Source: a virus. From it: a stretch of DNA of 64,000 nucleotides. A program made the position numbers and the translations under genes. The notes beneath the pieces were generated by a model. The model searched no databases and had not been told where the DNA came from. It worked only from the letters and a program-made list of their open reading frames with translations. This document shows positions 44,805-53,975 of the stretch, one piece after another (within the stretch, counting starts at the first letter, position 1; each line of letters opens with the position of its first letter). The DNA lies in the IMG/VR virus record IMGVR_UViG_3300025545_000003, positions 1 to 64,000 of that record; one strand, 5' to 3'.

Positions 44805-44841
44805 TCAGGTTGGGAGTTCGAATCTCCCCGGGCGTTCTTTT

Positions 44842-44918
44842 CAGGGGGTAGCTCAGTCTGGCAGAGTCCCGGCCTTGGACGCCGGTTGTCGCGGGTTCGA
44901 ATCCCGCCTCCCTGACCA
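44842..44918 (+). tRNA. tRNA-Pro(TGG)
   Basis: cloverleaf; CCA. Confidence 0.92.
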
Positions 44919-45018
44919 GCCGTAGGAAAAGCGTTGATCACGTATTGTTCAGATAGGAGTATGAGGGGGAGTGCCATGACCGGCATGTCGTAATCAACAA
45001 CCCTCCGAGGAGGCGGAG

Positions 45019-45564
45019 ATGGAAACCTTGGTTTTGAGTCAGAGTTACACGCCGATAAGCCGAGTCCCGTGGCAGAAGGCCATCACATGGGTCGTGCTGG
45101 ATCGTGCCGAAGTCGTAGAAGAGTACGACGAGGCCCAGATCCGCTCCGCCTACAAGGTCTTCCCGATGCCGTCGGTTATCCGTCTGCTCCACAACGTGAC
45201 TGGCTTGTTCCGCAAGGGTGCGAAGTTCAACCGCAAGAACGTATGGCTCCGTGACAAGGGGAAGTGCCAGTACTGCGGGACCAAGGTCTCCATGTCTGAC
45301 TTCACGTTCGACCACGTCGTGCCCCAGTCCAAGGGCGGGCGCACCAAGTGGGAGAACATCGTCGTGGCCTGCTACAAGTGCAACCAGCGGAAGGGTGACC
45401 TCACCTTGGAGAAGGCACGGATGCGCCTGCGTGTCCCGCCGGTAAAGCCGAGGTCGCTGCCCGGTATGGCGTTCCCGACGTTGACGTGGGGAGACAAGAT
45501 GCCGGAGACGTGGAAGGACTACCTCGGCTCCTACAGCTACTGGAACCAGTCCCTCAAGGAATGA
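45019..45564 (+). CDS. HNH endonuclease (McrA-like family)
   Basis: PSVIRL, RD...CQYCG and DHVVP..GG...W.N.V.AC..CN motifs. Confidence 0.88.
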   Translation: METLVLSQSYTPISRVPWQKAITWVVLDRAEVVEEYDEAQIRSAYKVFPMPSVIRLLHNVTGLFRKGAKFNRKNVWLRDKGKCQYCGTKVSMSDFTFDHVVPQSKGGRTKWENIVVACYKCNQRKGDLTLEKARMRLRVPPVKPRSLPGMAFPTLTWGDKMPETWKDYLGSYSYWNQSLKE

Positions 45565-45569
45565 CCTGG

Positions 45570-45602
45570 CCGGGGTCGGATTCGTCCGACCCCGGTTTCT
45601 TT
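45570..45602 (+). terminator. intrinsic terminator
   Basis: 11-bp stem with TTCG loop and T-rich tail. Confidence 0.7.
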
Positions 45603-45616
45603 CCTCTACTACCATC

Positions 45617-45644
45617 GGCTTAGCCGCCCTACTTCTAGGGTAGA
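45617..45644 (+). promoter_or_regulatory. putative phage promoter
   Basis: GGCTTAG-N13-AGGGTAGA. Confidence 0.65.
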
Positions 45645-45664
45645 GTCCCATGAGGAGGTGCTGC

Positions 45665-46240
45665 ATGGCCGGACACGATCAACTAGAACTCGACGTCGCC
45701 TATCACGGCGGACAGATCATCAACCTGACCCCCGACGCTGATTGGGTTTCTCTTCGCAAGATCGAGATCCCCTCCAAGAACATCGGATACGACTACGCCC
45801 ACGAGGAGAAGTCCCGTGGACACATCATCGCCGTGCTCCCCTTCAGGGTGTCCTACGTGAGTGGGAACCGTGAGTATCTCATCCGCTCCGAAGTGATCCC
45901 GCCGTGGGGCCTCGCTCCGCAAACGTGTGCCGTCACAGGCTCATGGGACAAGGAAGGCGAAACCTTCGATGAGGTAGCCGTTCGGGAGATGCTGGAGGAG
46001 ACCGGGTTCACCGTGACCCTCGGCGAACTGATCGACTTGGGAACCTGCCGGGGCACCAAGGCGCTGGACACCGTCTACCACCTCTACGCCGTGGACACGT
46101 CCGGGAAGATCCCGGAGGAACCGACAGGTGATGGTTCAGAGATGGAAGCCCTCGCCGGGATGCTTTGGGTAGAGTCGTTGGTGGACGTGGAGGATCCCCT
46201 GGTCCCCACGATGTTCCTTCGTCTTCAGTCCAAGGGGTAG
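45665..46240 (+). CDS. NUDIX hydrolase
   Basis: G.....E......VREMLEETGF NUDIX box. Confidence 0.78.
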   Translation: MAGHDQLELDVAYHGGQIINLTPDADWVSLRKIEIPSKNIGYDYAHEEKSRGHIIAVLPFRVSYVSGNREYLIRSEVIPPWGLAPQTCAVTGSWDKEGETFDEVAVREMLEETGFTVTLGELIDLGTCRGTKALDTVYHLYAVDTSGKIPEEPTGDGSEMEALAGMLWVESLVDVEDPLVPTMFLRLQSKG

Positions 46241-46243
46241 CGG

Positions 46244-46870
46244 ATGGCTCACAAGATCAAGCCCACAGATATCACCCTCGCCCACAGACGCCCTCCAACG
46301 TGGAAGGGCTGGATCCCAACCTTCACCGGAGACGGGTTCAACGTCCTGAAACCCGAGGTAGACCAGATCCGATTGGAGGACCTGGCCCACGGCCTCGCCT
46401 TCAAGTTCCGGTACGCTGGACAGACGACGCCCGTGACGGTCGCCGAGCACTCCATCATGGTTTCAAGGGTGATCGGGATTCTGTGGCCCGAGTCCAAAGA
46501 GATGGCGGGCGGCCTACTCCATGACTCCTGCCAAGCGTACCTGCACGACATCCAGAGTCCCGTCCGGCGATACGCCCGCATGGATCTCCCCCACGGAGAG
46601 AGCATCCCGTGGGACAAGCTAGAGGCCAAGGTCAACGGGATCATCGCCAAGGCGTTGGGGCTGGAGCCCCGATTCTGGGCCACCGCTACGGTGAAGGCTG
46701 CGAACCTGCTGGCAGTAGTGATCGAACGCAGGGACTGTGCGGTCCTCTCAAGGCAGACCCGCAAGGGCCTCCCCAAGCTGCCGGAGGAGATCGACCACCT
46801 GCATCTGTCCTACTTGTCGCCGGAGGATGCACAGGAAGCGTTCTTGGCCGAGTACAGCAGCCTGACCTAG
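46244..46870 (+). CDS. HD phosphohydrolase (YfdR/YfbR-like)
   Basis: EDLAHGL...RYAG, VAEHS and LLHD motifs. Confidence 0.75.
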   Translation: MAHKIKPTDITLAHRRPPTWKGWIPTFTGDGFNVLKPEVDQIRLEDLAHGLAFKFRYAGQTTPVTVAEHSIMVSRVIGILWPESKEMAGGLLHDSCQAYLHDIQSPVRRYARMDLPHGESIPWDKLEAKVNGIIAKALGLEPRFWATATVKAANLLAVVIERRDCAVLSRQTRKGLPKLPEEIDHLHLSYLSPEDAQEAFLAEYSSLT

Positions 46871-47079
46871 TCCTCTTCCTCTGCCACGTCGACGGTGATC
46901 TCCTTCTCAGGGACCAACTCCAACAGGTCTTCCGCAATATCGCCGATCAGGTCAGCGTTCTCTGCCAGTTGTACCCGCTGAACCACGACGGTCTCTTCCG
47001 TCCCTGCGGTAGCGGCCTTCAACAAGGCCGAGAACTCTTTGAGGAGTGAGATCCTCTTGGCAAGCGCACGCTGGTTCAT
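46867..47079 (-). CDS. hypothetical protein
   Basis: operon chain. Confidence 0.5.
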   Translation of the reverse strand: MNQRALAKRISLLKEFSALLKAATAGTEETVVVQRVQLAENADLIGDIAEDLLELVPEKEITVDVAEEED

Positions 47080-47534
47080 GGTTCCCCCGTAATGGCTCTG
47101 CACGCCGCCCTGAGTGCCCCCTGGAGCGTTTGCTCTGCGATGTGGGCATCGTCGGGCAGGAACGGCCCCTTGCAGCCCCAGCAGTCATTCTCGGGGCAAT
47201 CAGGGTCCGTGTAGAACACAGGCTCGAGACTGAAGGCGTTGGCGTTGTCCAACAGGGCCTCTGCGTCGTTCGCCTCTACGAACAGGTCGGCGTAGGACTG
47301 GAGGAGCGTGGCCTTCAGGACAGGGTCCATGGTGAAGCCCGTCTCACAACACCCCGTGCGGAGGATGCCGAGGCGGCTGTCCCCGTTGTGCTTGCCGTGG
47401 ATGTAGGAGTGCCGAGTGCAACGACCCCACAGGGCGTGCAGGGACGGGAACTCTCCCCGCTTGCACAGGCCGCAGTGAGGCTTGATCTGGTAGCCTACAT
47501 CCCGAAGGGTCTGGAACTTCATCTCGTCGGGCAT
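47076..47534 (-). CDS. hypothetical Cys-rich protein
   Basis: GAGGAG RBS. Confidence 0.55.
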   Translation of the reverse strand: MPDEMKFQTLRDVGYQIKPHCGLCKRGEFPSLHALWGRCTRHSYIHGKHNGDSRLGILRTGCCETGFTMDPVLKATLLQSYADLFVEANDAEALLDNANAFSLEPVFYTDPDCPENDCWGCKGPFLPDDAHIAEQTLQGALRAACRAITGEP

Positions 47535-47544
47535 GTTCTCCTCC

Positions 47545-48030
47545 TCAGTACAGGGCGAGCACCACGATAGGCCAGAGGAAGGCCAGATGCCATAGTTGGT
47601 CAATGACCAGCACGAGGGACGGGCGGAACAGGAGCGGGGTCGTGATGAATTCATAGTTGGGGAATATGTCGGTCGGGACTTGGACATCAGTGCCCGTGAA
47701 GCTGCCGTCGTCCTCCGGTATCCGCATCGAAGTCATGCGGCGGAGGTACTTCGCCCACAGGAACACCACGAGGTAGGTGTCCCCGATGAAGTGGCTGACG
47801 TACAGGAGCAGGAAGCCCAACACCATCTCCCACGACTCCAGCCCGTACAGGTAGAAAGCCGGGATGAACATCACGGAGTAAATCAGGCAGTGGAGCGCCA
47901 GAATCCCGAACTTGTGGGACTTGGCCTCCGCCATCTTCTCGGTCTGGGTCAGCCAGTCGGCCACGAAATGCCAGAACACGAGGGGGACGAACAGGCCACC
48001 CGCTAGTGCGATGGTTTCAAGGGTGATCAT
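47545..48030 (-). CDS. DUF3307-like membrane protein
   Basis: HFVADW.TQ, H..IY, SHF..D and DQ.WH motifs. Confidence 0.75.
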   Translation of the reverse strand: MITLETIALAGGLFVPLVFWHFVADWLTQTEKMAEAKSHKFGILALHCLIYSVMFIPAFYLYGLESWEMVLGFLLLYVSHFIGDTYLVVFLWAKYLRRMTSMRIPEDDGSFTGTDVQVPTDIFPNYEFITTPLLFRPSLVLVIDQLWHLAFLWPIVVLALY

Positions 48031-48371
48031 GGTTTCTCCCTTGGGTGTTCCTCAACGACCACCCCGATGACAGACCCGCAGTAGGATGAGAACACACGCT
48101 TGACGTCGCCGTTCCCGAACTGCATCAGGCCGTCCTTCAGGAAGATGGCAGGGCCCTGGTAGTGGGTGTCTTGGACGTAGCAGACGGAGGATTGCTCGAA
48201 CCAGTCTACCCGAGGGTGGCTGGCGAACCGGACACGCAGGGTCTCCCCGGTGTTCGGGTGTTGGATAGTGGCCCACACATCCTCATCTGCCCGGAGCGCT
48301 CGTACCTTGTCCTGCGGCAGGGGGAAACACTGAGGTTTCTTGTGTCTCTTGTCGTGTCCGGGTTTGGGCAT
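48027..48371 (-). CDS. hypothetical protein
   Basis: operon chain. Confidence 0.5.
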   Translation of the reverse strand: MPKPGHDKRHKKPQCFPLPQDKVRALRADEDVWATIQHPNTGETLRVRFASHPRVDWFEQSSVCYVQDTHYQGPAIFLKDGLMQFGNGDVKRVFSSYCGSVIGVVVEEHPREKP

Positions 48372-48372
48372 G

Positions 48373-49101
48373 TCAGCCTCGTAGCTTGGCGAGGATGCCT
48401 GGTAGGTCACTCATGGGTCGGAAAGAGGGCTTCCCCATGCGGTGAGCCATGTAGTTGCAGCCGGGGTGGATCGGATTCGGCCCCACGGCAGGCTTGTCGT
48501 CCACGAACTGCCCCGTCCACCCGCACTTGGTGCAGATGTACACGTCCAGGTCGGGACAGGCCAACAGGTCGCCCCTGTGGATGAAGTTCTCCGGGGTCTC
48601 TCCGTTCTCGAACAGCTTGGTCGCTGCCAGCACGGCCCAAGCCTTGTCGCTGGAGTGGATCTCCCCGTAGAAGGTCAGGAGGACGTCGGGCCGCACGACC
48701 TTCGAACCGTCAGGCAACTCCAGCGTGGGGTAGTCCCCGACGAAGAAGTCGATGGTCAGGCGGTACTCCGGGTGCTTCTTGTCGTCCACGACCCGCTCGT
48801 ACCGGCGGAAGTCCTCTGCGCTGGGCAGGCGGTCGTACTTCGTATTGACCTTCTTGTACCCCAGGACGCTCAGGAGGCCCATGACGGTGCCTACTGCCTC
48901 CTTCGGGCAGTGTATGTCCACGTCCTTGTGATCGTGGGCGTGCTTGCGTTCAGCGTGGCCTGGGGGCGAGAGCAGGTGCCAAGCCCAACCGCCAGAGAAC
49001 ACGACGAAGGGCTTGAGAGGTTCCATGTCCGTTGCATAGGCGTCGATCTTGTACTGGTGCCAGCACTCGCCGTACCGCTCAGGGTTGTGTGGATCAGCCA
49101 T
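48373..49101 (-). CDS. nucleotidyltransferase-fold protein
   Basis: SGGWA...H.DVD and IDFF motifs. Confidence 0.6.
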   Translation of the reverse strand: MADPHNPERYGECWHQYKIDAYATDMEPLKPFVVFSGGWAWHLLSPPGHAERKHAHDHKDVDIHCPKEAVGTVMGLLSVLGYKKVNTKYDRLPSAEDFRRYERVVDDKKHPEYRLTIDFFVGDYPTLELPDGSKVVRPDVLLTFYGEIHSSDKAWAVLAATKLFENGETPENFIHRGDLLACPDLDVYICTKCGWTGQFVDDKPAVGPNPIHPGCNYMAHRMGKPSFRPMSDLPGILAKLRG

Positions 49102-49104
49102 CTG

Positions 49105-49365
49105 TCAATCCTTATCAAACATGCGGTCGAGCGACCGGCTCATTGAATCCAAGGACTTCGACATCTCCGCCATGGACTCGTCGAACGCTGCGAGGGCCTT
49201 CTTGCCCTCCGGGCTCTCCGGGTCGATGTCCTTGCCGTTGACACGCAGGACAGTCACCTCGCCGTTCTCTCGAACGACCTTGGTGGAGGTGGACTCGAAA
49301 ACCTCCCGGTCGATGGGGTTTATGACCCTCTTCAGGCGGCGGAAGGCTCGTCCAAGGGCACTCAT
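49105..49365 (-). CDS. hypothetical protein
   Basis: operon chain. Confidence 0.5.
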   Translation of the reverse strand: MSALGRAFRRLKRVINPIDREVFESTSTKVVRENGEVTVLRVNGKDIDPESPEGKKALAAFDESMAEMSKSLDSMSRSLDRMFDKD

Positions 49366-50297
49366 TTCAGGGCATCTCCGATCTCTTCCCAAAGGCCGTC
49401 GTCGTCCATCGAGGTGCCCGAAAGGGCGTCCCTCGTGTCCGAGATGACCTCAAGGTCGTCAATGACGGACACGTCTACGAGGTTGTCCACCGTGGTGTCG
49501 AGCAGCTTGCTGGACACGTCGGCCATACCCGCCGACCGAACCTGCTGGTTCACCTTCTCGATGTGGTGGGCGATGCCTTCGGCCTGTGCCACGGCCAGCC
49601 CCTCACGGCGTTCCAGCTTGGGGATCGACTCCACCTTGGACTTCAGGGTACGGAGGCGCTCGCTGATCACGATCCGGGTGCTGGGGTCGGCCTCTGCGGC
49701 CTGTTCCCGTAGACGCCCGAACTCCGTCCGCAGGCTGTCCTTGTCCATACGGAGGAGGGCGGCCTTGGCATCCTTGGCCGTGTTGTGCAGGGCCAGCCAG
49801 TTGTTGATCATCTCGTCCAGCTTCCTGATCTGGCTGGTGGAGATCGAACTCTTGCGAACGTCATGCAGCTTGCGGAGTTCGTGGACGACCTCGCACATCC
49901 GCAGGAACGTCCGCTTGTGCTCCATCGTGCTGTCTTGGTTACGGACTCGCCGGTAACCGCTGTCCGGGTTCAGGTCTAGCTGGTGCCATGCCACGTCTAC
50001 ACCGAACACGGCACCGAGGAACCCAAGGGATTGATCAGGCTCCAACCCCCACAGGGAGCGGAGGTAGTACCAGCGCTGCTCATCCACGTCCTCGGTCTTG
50101 GCGGTCACCGTGAGGAACCGCTGGACGAGGGCTAGGTCGGGAAGGATCCACAGGAAGGCGACCTCAATCCCGAGCACCACGAACAACCCCGTCATGCCAC
50201 CCGAGGCGAGTCCGATGACAATGCCTCCTGCGAGGAATGACAGGTTGAGCCAATGCGTCAGGAAGGCCATCCGGTAGTTGGGGGTTTTATCGGACAC
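49362..50297 (-). CDS. membrane-anchored coiled-coil protein
   Basis: two N-terminal TM helices and a helical C-terminus. Confidence 0.65.
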   Translation of the reverse strand: MSDKTPNYRMAFLTHWLNLSFLAGGIVIGLASGGMTGLFVVLGIEVAFLWILPDLALVQRFLTVTAKTEDVDEQRWYYLRSLWGLEPDQSLGFLGAVFGVDVAWHQLDLNPDSGYRRVRNQDSTMEHKRTFLRMCEVVHELRKLHDVRKSSISTSQIRKLDEMINNWLALHNTAKDAKAALLRMDKDSLRTEFGRLREQAAEADPSTRIVISERLRTLKSKVESIPKLERREGLAVAQAEGIAHHIEKVNQQVRSAGMADVSSKLLDTTVDNLVDVSVIDDLEVISDTRDALSGTSMDDDGLWEEIGDALK

Positions 50298-50306
50298 GGG
50301 GGCCTC

Positions 50307-51338
50307 CTAAACGCTGATGGTCAACTCACCGCCACTGTCAGAAGCCTCTGAGGCGTCACTGATCAGGTGCAGGATCTTGGCTTCCAGACCGGCATACTCC
50401 GGCGTGTGCTTCCAGTCCTCCGGCCTGTTCGCAGGCAGTCGGATGTCGCCAGCGATGGTAGCCGGTCGGGTGGAGAGCACGATGATGCGGTCGGCCAGAT
50501 CGAGGGCACGGCGCACGTTGTGCGTCACGAACAGGATAAGGCAGGGGTACTTGTCCCGCAAGCGCACGATGATCTCTTGCATCGCCTTGCTGGACGTCGG
50601 GTCGAGGGCGCTGAACGGCTCGTCCATGCACAGGATCTTGGGCTCAACGACCAGCGAGGTAGCGAGGCTACACCGCTGCTTCATCCCACCCGAAAGCTGA
50701 TGCGGGAACTGGTGAAGGGAGTCACCCAACCCGACCTCTTTCAGCAGGGTGATGGCCTTGGCCTCGATCTCCTTGTAGGGATCCGAACACGGGATCTTCA
50801 GGCGGGTGGCCTCAAAGCGGTCACCGATGGCCGCTACGAAGTCCTGCGCCACCTCCCAGGGCCAACGGGGCCGGGGGCCGAACAGGAACGGCTTGAAGGA
50901 GAGCATGACGTTGCCCAACACGGACAGCCACGGGACCAGCACAGGGCTCTGGAACACCGTGACGACGTCGTCGTGCGGGGTCAGCACGGCCTCTCCGTTG
51001 ATGCAGCACTCGCCCACCGTCGGCATCCGAATGCCTCTGGGGTGCATGCCGGACACCATCCGCAGGAGGGTGGACTTGCCGCAGCCGGACGGCCCGAGGA
51101 TGGCGATGGTCTGGTTGCCCTCCACCGTGAAGGTGATGTCCTTGACCACCTCGACCAGTTCGCCGTCGTTCCTGAAGGTCTGCCCGCAGCCCTTGAAGTC
51201 CAGCTTCAGGTCGCTGCCCTTGGCCGCCACGGGGGCGGGAACGGGAGCCGGGGTAGCCGCCACAGGGGCAGCGGGTGCGGCGAAAGCCTCGTCGATGGAG
51301 ACGTGTCCGTCTCCGGTGTTGTCCGCTGTGCCGCTCAT
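50307..51338 (-). CDS. ABC transporter ATP-binding protein (NitT/TauT family)
   Basis: GPSGCGKS, LSGGMKQR, MDEPFSALD and VTH motifs. Confidence 0.9.
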   Translation of the reverse strand: MSGTADNTGDGHVSIDEAFAAPAAPVAATPAPVPAPVAAKGSDLKLDFKGCGQTFRNDGELVEVVKDITFTVEGNQTIAILGPSGCGKSTLLRMVSGMHPRGIRMPTVGECCINGEAVLTPHDDVVTVFQSPVLVPWLSVLGNVMLSFKPFLFGPRPRWPWEVAQDFVAAIGDRFEATRLKIPCSDPYKEIEAKAITLLKEVGLGDSLHQFPHQLSGGMKQRCSLATSLVVEPKILCMDEPFSALDPTSSKAMQEIIVRLRDKYPCLILFVTHNVRRALDLADRIIVLSTRPATIAGDIRLPANRPEDWKHTPEYAGLEAKILHLISDASEASDSGGELTISV

Positions 51339-52213
51339 GCTTCGCTCCCTTGGTTCAACATCGGGACGACCTTCTTGATGACCCGGAACAGGTAGTCGGA
51401 AAGCACCCCGAGGATCAGGATAATGAGGATCGCAGCGTAGACCCTCGGTGTATTTTGGAACCGCTGTGCGTTGGCTTCCATAGCCCCGAGGCCGGTGGTG
51501 ACGTTCATCACCTCCGCTGCTACGAGGTACGTCCACGCTACGCCCGTACACAGGCGGATGCCGTCCCACAGACGGGGCAGCGCTGACGGCAGGACGTAGT
51601 ACCAGAGCGTTCCCATGGGGCGGAACCCCATGTCGACCGCCTTGTCGATGATCAGGGGCGGCACGTTCCTCACGGCGTCAAACGCCGCAGGGATAATGAA
51701 CACGATGGTGCCGAAGGCGAGGAAGCTGATCTTCATCTGCTCCTCGATCCCGTAGATCAGGATGAACAGCGGGGCGAAGGCCATGATCGGGGCGTTCCGC
51801 ATGGGCATCACGAGGGCCTGTAGCAGACTCTCAAACCACCCGAAGGCCCCCATGAAGATCCCGATGGGGATCCCGAACAGGCACGCCCAAAACAACGCCA
51901 AGAAGATGCGCTTCAAGCTGAAGCCCGCCCCTTGGATTGCGCTGGAGTGGACGAAGGTGTCCCACCCCGGCTGGATGTCCCGCCATTCGCCCTTGGTCCC
52001 CTCCACGAGTGTCTGCGGGGGTGCGTCCACGAACGCTTCCGCCAGCGCCCCGAAGGTTGCCTTGGGGGAAGGGAGGAAGTTGGGATTCACCAGTTCAAGC
52101 TTGGTCACGGCTACCCATGCCAGCAGGAACAGGACAAGCCCCGCGACCGGGAGCACATAGCGCATGCTCCCGGTCGTAGGCGTGCAGATGTACTTCGCAG
52201 AGTGGGCCGACAT
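51335..52213 (-). CDS. ABC transporter permease (NitT/TauT family)
   Basis: TM helices; LPSP, VLPSALP and W..LVAAE...GLG motifs. Confidence 0.88.
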   Translation of the reverse strand: MSAHSAKYICTPTTGSMRYVLPVAGLVLFLLAWVAVTKLELVNPNFLPSPKATFGALAEAFVDAPPQTLVEGTKGEWRDIQPGWDTFVHSSAIQGAGFSLKRIFLALFWACLFGIPIGIFMGAFGWFESLLQALVMPMRNAPIMAFAPLFILIYGIEEQMKISFLAFGTIVFIIPAAFDAVRNVPPLIIDKAVDMGFRPMGTLWYYVLPSALPRLWDGIRLCTGVAWTYLVAAEVMNVTTGLGAMEANAQRFQNTPRVYAAILIILILGVLSDYLFRVIKKVVPMLNQGSEA

Positions 52214-52223
52214 GATCGCCCTC

Positions 52224-53909
52224 CTAGTTGGCCGAAACGAACAGGATCTCGGTGCGGCGGTTCCGTGAACGGCAGTCGGGGGTCTTCAGGTCGCAGAGCG
52301 GGTTGTCCTCGCCGTTGCCCTGTGCCGCAATACGGGCCGGGTCGATGCCCTGCGAGATCAGGTAGTCAACGACCGCCTGCGCCCGCTTGCCCGAGAGGGT
52401 CTTGTTGCCGCTGTCACTGCCCACGTCGTCGGTGTTGCCCTCGACACGGATGCTCATGGCCGTCGCCAGCATCAACTGCGGCAACACCTGACGCTTCAGG
52501 ATCGAGCGGGACTGCGTGTCGATGGCGTAGGCACCCGTGTCGAAGTGGATGCTCACCGGCTTGACCAGCTTGGGTGCCGCCGTCTTGGCGACCTGCGGGT
52601 TGTAGACCGGCTTCGCCGCTGCCACGGGAACCGCTGCCACACCGGACGAGGCGGCGACCTGCTGGCGTCGGGCCATCTCAGCGTCGTACAGGGGCTTCAC
52701 GATGGCTGCGGTACGCAGACCGTGGGCGCTGAAGCGCTGCGAGAGGACCGGGGTGCCGTCAGGCTCCGTGTACTCCGACCAGATGCTGTCCGCCTGCTTG
52801 TAGACCGTGTCGAAGAGGGGCGCAGTCCCGCCGAGGCCGAAGAAGGACGTGTTGTCGCCGAGATCGTTCCAGCGGACCCAGTTGAGCGCCTTGAGGGTGC
52901 CCTCGTACTTGAGTTCGTCACGGAAACGGGGCACGACCGTCGAGATCAGGCGGGCCGCTGCGGGCTTGTCCGCCGTACCTAGCTTGGCACCTTCCATGAA
53001 GATCTTCGCCACCTTGCGGGCGATCTCGGGCTGCTGCTGGAGGAAGTCCTTCTTACCGAGCAGCACGTCGGCGACCAGCGTGTCGGCGTCCTTGGTGCTG
53101 AACACACGGTGGGCACCGGGGCGGCACTCAAGGGCGAGCGTCACGTCAGGCTCCCACAGGCATGCCACGTCGACCTGCTTCTGACAGAACAGGTTGCGCC
53201 CGAACTCCCATGAGTCCATCGAGAACTTGGTCTGCTGGCGAAGCTGCCGCACTTCCTGCGGGTTCAGGTCGCTGTTGTTGATCCAGAACTCGTAGACCGT
53301 GTGGTCGGGGCTGAACTTCATCATGGCTGCGCCACGGCTGGCCAGCAGATCACGGGGCGTCTTCACGTTGGCCGCTGCCACACAGGCGTCACCGCCACGG
53401 GACCAGTCGATCTGGACGAACGCCTGCGCTTCGACGCCGGAGCGTGCGTAACCGGGCATGTTCAGGGGCATCTCGTCGACCACCTGCCAAGTGAAGTCGA
53501 CCTCGCCGGACTGGAGGGCAGCGTTCTTCTTGTCCGGCTCCTCGATGAAGACGAACTCAAGCTGGATCCCCTCCTTGGCACAGATGGAACCCGGCTGCGT
53601 CGTCAGGCCGCCGCAGGCGATGATGCCCGCCATGTGACCGGGCCACTGCGACAGGGCCACCTTGTAGTGGGTCTTGGGCTGGACGCCGGTCGGCTTGATC
53701 GCCGCAGGGGCCTGGACACCCGCCACCGCACCGGGGGTCGTCGTGGGGGTCACAGCCGCAGGCTGCGTCGTGGTGGCGGTCGCCGTCGCCGGAGCGGTGG
53801 CGGTCGCCGTCTCGGTCGTGGACTCGTGGAAGAACCCGAAGTACGCACCCGCCGCCGCTCCCGCGACGACTAGGACGAGCAGGATCTTTCCCATCGGCTT
53901 GAGCTTCAT
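52224..53909 (-). CDS. ABC substrate-binding protein (SsuA/NMT1-like) with C-terminal OmpA-like peptidoglycan-binding domain
   Basis: N-terminal TM; DWSRGGD; EGNTD..G....N..LS..RA and NRRTE motifs. Confidence 0.85.
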   Translation of the reverse strand: MKLKPMGKILLVLVVAGAAAGAYFGFFHESTTETATATAPATATATTTQPAAVTPTTTPGAVAGVQAPAAIKPTGVQPKTHYKVALSQWPGHMAGIIACGGLTTQPGSICAKEGIQLEFVFIEEPDKKNAALQSGEVDFTWQVVDEMPLNMPGYARSGVEAQAFVQIDWSRGGDACVAAANVKTPRDLLASRGAAMMKFSPDHTVYEFWINNSDLNPQEVRQLRQQTKFSMDSWEFGRNLFCQKQVDVACLWEPDVTLALECRPGAHRVFSTKDADTLVADVLLGKKDFLQQQPEIARKVAKIFMEGAKLGTADKPAAARLISTVVPRFRDELKYEGTLKALNWVRWNDLGDNTSFFGLGGTAPLFDTVYKQADSIWSEYTEPDGTPVLSQRFSAHGLRTAAIVKPLYDAEMARRQQVAASSGVAAVPVAAAKPVYNPQVAKTAAPKLVKPVSIHFDTGAYAIDTQSRSILKRQVLPQLMLATAMSIRVEGNTDDVGSDSGNKTLSGKRAQAVVDYLISQGIDPARIAAQGNGEDNPLCDLKTPDCRSRNRRTEILFVSAN

Positions 53910-53975
53910 CTCGAACCTCCCTTGCGAATTGTCTGTCTCACCGTACCGGGGTCATTCCCGGCAGGCACCTTCGGC

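Larger units (their letters stand above)
44174..44836 (+). mobile_element. split tRNA-Arg containing an HNH + tRNA-Arg cassette
   Basis: 5' GCGCCCG-TAGCT at 44174; 3' T-arm/CGGGCGT at 44807-44836. Confidence 0.78.

Noticed and set aside
32470-44836. The split tRNAs as group I intron-containing tRNAs
   Set aside because: The ORF and inner tRNA fill almost the whole insert, leaving no room for a ribozyme core. The outer halves also lack complete anticodon arms, so splicing would not restore a tRNA.
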